Shown piece after piece: positions 62,872 through 64,000 of a stretch of 64,000 nt of DNA. Origin of the DNA: Fidelibacterota bacterium (GTDB lineage: Bacteria; Fidelibacterota; UBA8477; JABMPR01). The translations under genes and the position numbers were made by a program. Position 1 is the stretch's first letter. The number at the start of each line of letters is the position of its first letter. The stretch is from contig JAIPJF010000005.1 in assembly GCA_021734325.1 (NCBI GenBank), positions 4,028 to 68,027 on the forward strand, in the 5' to 3' direction. The notes under the pieces are model-generated. The model saw only the letters and a program-made list of their open reading frames with translations, searched no databases and was not told where the DNA came from.

Positions 62872-64000
62872 TTATGCTTTTGAAGTTTGTGCCATTGTTT
62901 CCATGGTTCGGAGAACTGGCATTCGATGTATAACCCAACGATAGATCCACACCTGGACAAACAGGATGGATATGGTAACAACAAACTCCATCCAAGAGGG
63001 GATATAGCGCGGCAAAACATCCCATCGATAGGCGATGACAGAAATATTCATACGGTTCAGGATGATACCCACCATGGTCATTAATGACGCTAATTTTATG
63101 ATACCAGGAGTTCCAATCCTCACACCATAAACGAAGAGCAGCATGGGTATGAATACAAATCCAAAAAGCTCCAGCAGATACCAGGCGCCCATTGGGGTCG
63201 CCAGCAAGCTGAGAGTGTGATTATGGACCATATCTATGATCTTCAGAAAAAAGTATGCAAACATGGAGATGGCACACACTTTGGACAAGCCCCGGATCAT
63301 GATGTTCTGTCGCTCTTCGGCGTGTTCATCCAACTGATAGGAAAAAACCCGCTGCAGGATACTTCCCTGAAAGATCACAACACTAAGTCCGGCAAATATG
63401 CTGGAAATAAAGAACAAAGTTGGGATGAATTCAGAATACCAGAGCGGGTGGATCTTCTCCTTGGCCATGAGGAACAAAGCGCCTAATCCTGACTGATGCA
63501 GGGTAGAGAGCGTGATTCCAAATACAACAGCACCGATGGTAAGCCGTTTCAGGTTTCGGCGAGCACGTTCTGATCCCAACCACTCAGCCACAGCCGGGGA
63601 AAACTCGATCATTTGGGCAACGATGTATAACATGAAATGCCAGGCCACCAGAAACAGGATGCTGCTGGTACCAAAAGAGTTGCCAATAATCGGATTGATA
63701 ATGTTCCAAGGTTTTCCCAGGTCCAGTATGAGGGCAAAGGCATAAAAGGTATAGGCCAAAAAACCATTTAAGACGGTCACTCTGACCAATGGTTTATATT
63801 TCTTTAGTCCCAGAATATATACCATAAAGGTTAGCACATAAGCGCCACCAGCGAAGGCAACCCCTGTAACAACATTAAACCCTTTCCATAATCCCCACGG
63901 AACACTTTGGGTAACATTGGAAACTGCCGAAAGACCATAAATAAAACGAAAAACGATAATCCCGACCGCCAGAAGTACGGTTGGAACAGAGATAATGTTA
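62872..64000 (-). CDS. NrfD/HybB-family polytopic membrane protein; the 5' end lies outside the window
   Basis: The frame stays open from 63837 to the window edge; I translated '...VPWGLWKGFNVVTGVAFAGGAY' upstream of the GTG used by the ORF track. 'LSTLHQSGLGALFLMAKEKIHPLWYS' parallels 'LPTMHQSSLGSLMIIAGEKLSPIWQT' of the HybB-like protein at 50837. Confidence 0.8.
   Translation of the reverse strand, partial: NIISVPTVLLAVGIIVFRFIYGLSAVSNVTQSVPWGLWKGFNVVTGVAFAGGAYVLTFMVYILGLKKYKPLVRVTVLNGFLAYTFYAFALILDLGKPWNIINPIIGNSFGTSSILFLVAWHFMLYIVAQMIEFSPAVAEWLGSERARRNLKRLTIGAVVFGITLSTLHQSGLGALFLMAKEKIHPLWYSEFIPTLFFISSIFAGLSVVIFQGSILQRVFSYQLDEHAEERQNIMIRGLSKVCAISMFAYFFLKIIDMVHNHTLSLLATPMGAWYLLELFGFVFIPMLLFVYGVRIGTPGIIKLASLMTMVGIILNRMNISVIAYRWDVLPRYIPSWMEFVVTISILFVQVWIYRWVIHRMPVLRTMETMAQTSKA

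Noticed and set aside
1-64000. Mobile elements, CRISPR arrays, toxin-antitoxin or defence genes, rRNA and tRNA
   Set aside because: I found no transposase, integrase or recombinase motifs, no short regularly spaced direct repeats and no structured RNA gene signatures while reading the intergenic regions. The window appears to be core or respiratory rather than mobile or defence DNA.

Overview
This 64-kb window is dense, mostly polycistronic bacterial DNA (mid-40s %GC by eye). I recognised no rRNA, tRNA, CRISPR array, transposase, integrase or phage gene. Two secreted proteins end in the T9SS 'Por_Secre_tail' sorting domain, which points to an FCB-group-like, probably anaerobic or microaerophilic, uncultivated organism.

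The window is dominated by redox and respiratory modules:
- Cytochrome cluster (about 18.2-33.0 kb, minus strand): a roughly 14-gene cluster with three multiheme cytochromes c (8, 4 and 11 haem motifs), two predicted outer-membrane proteins, three NHL beta-propeller paralogues, its own System II cytochrome-c maturation pair (ResB/CcsA), a small membrane protein, a B12-radical-SAM enzyme and a two-repeat secreted protein.
- Rieske/cytochrome b complex (37.2-40.6 kb): its c-type partners are a membrane-anchored 9-haem cytochrome and a c554-like tetrahaem protein.
- Hydrogenase (48.7-54.2 kb): a hybOABCD-ordered [NiFe] hydrogenase.
- Partial operon at the 3' edge: NrfD-like membrane protein, two GcvH-like proteins that lack the lipoyl lysine, a histidine kinase with haem-c motifs in its periplasmic sensor, and a sigma-54 response regulator.

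Housekeeping genes are monomeric isocitrate dehydrogenase (icd) and pyruvate dehydrogenase (aceE-aceF-lpd). Other sensory proteins are a five-PAS hybrid kinase, a TPR kinase and a class III cyclase.

The best candidate for an undescribed system is the cytochrome/NHL/barrel cluster. Its small tetrahaem gene sits between a near-consensus sigma-54 promoter and a strong terminator. That is a 'filament-subunit-like' expression cassette.

All functional calls come from motif recognition by eye in the supplied translations. No database search was run.
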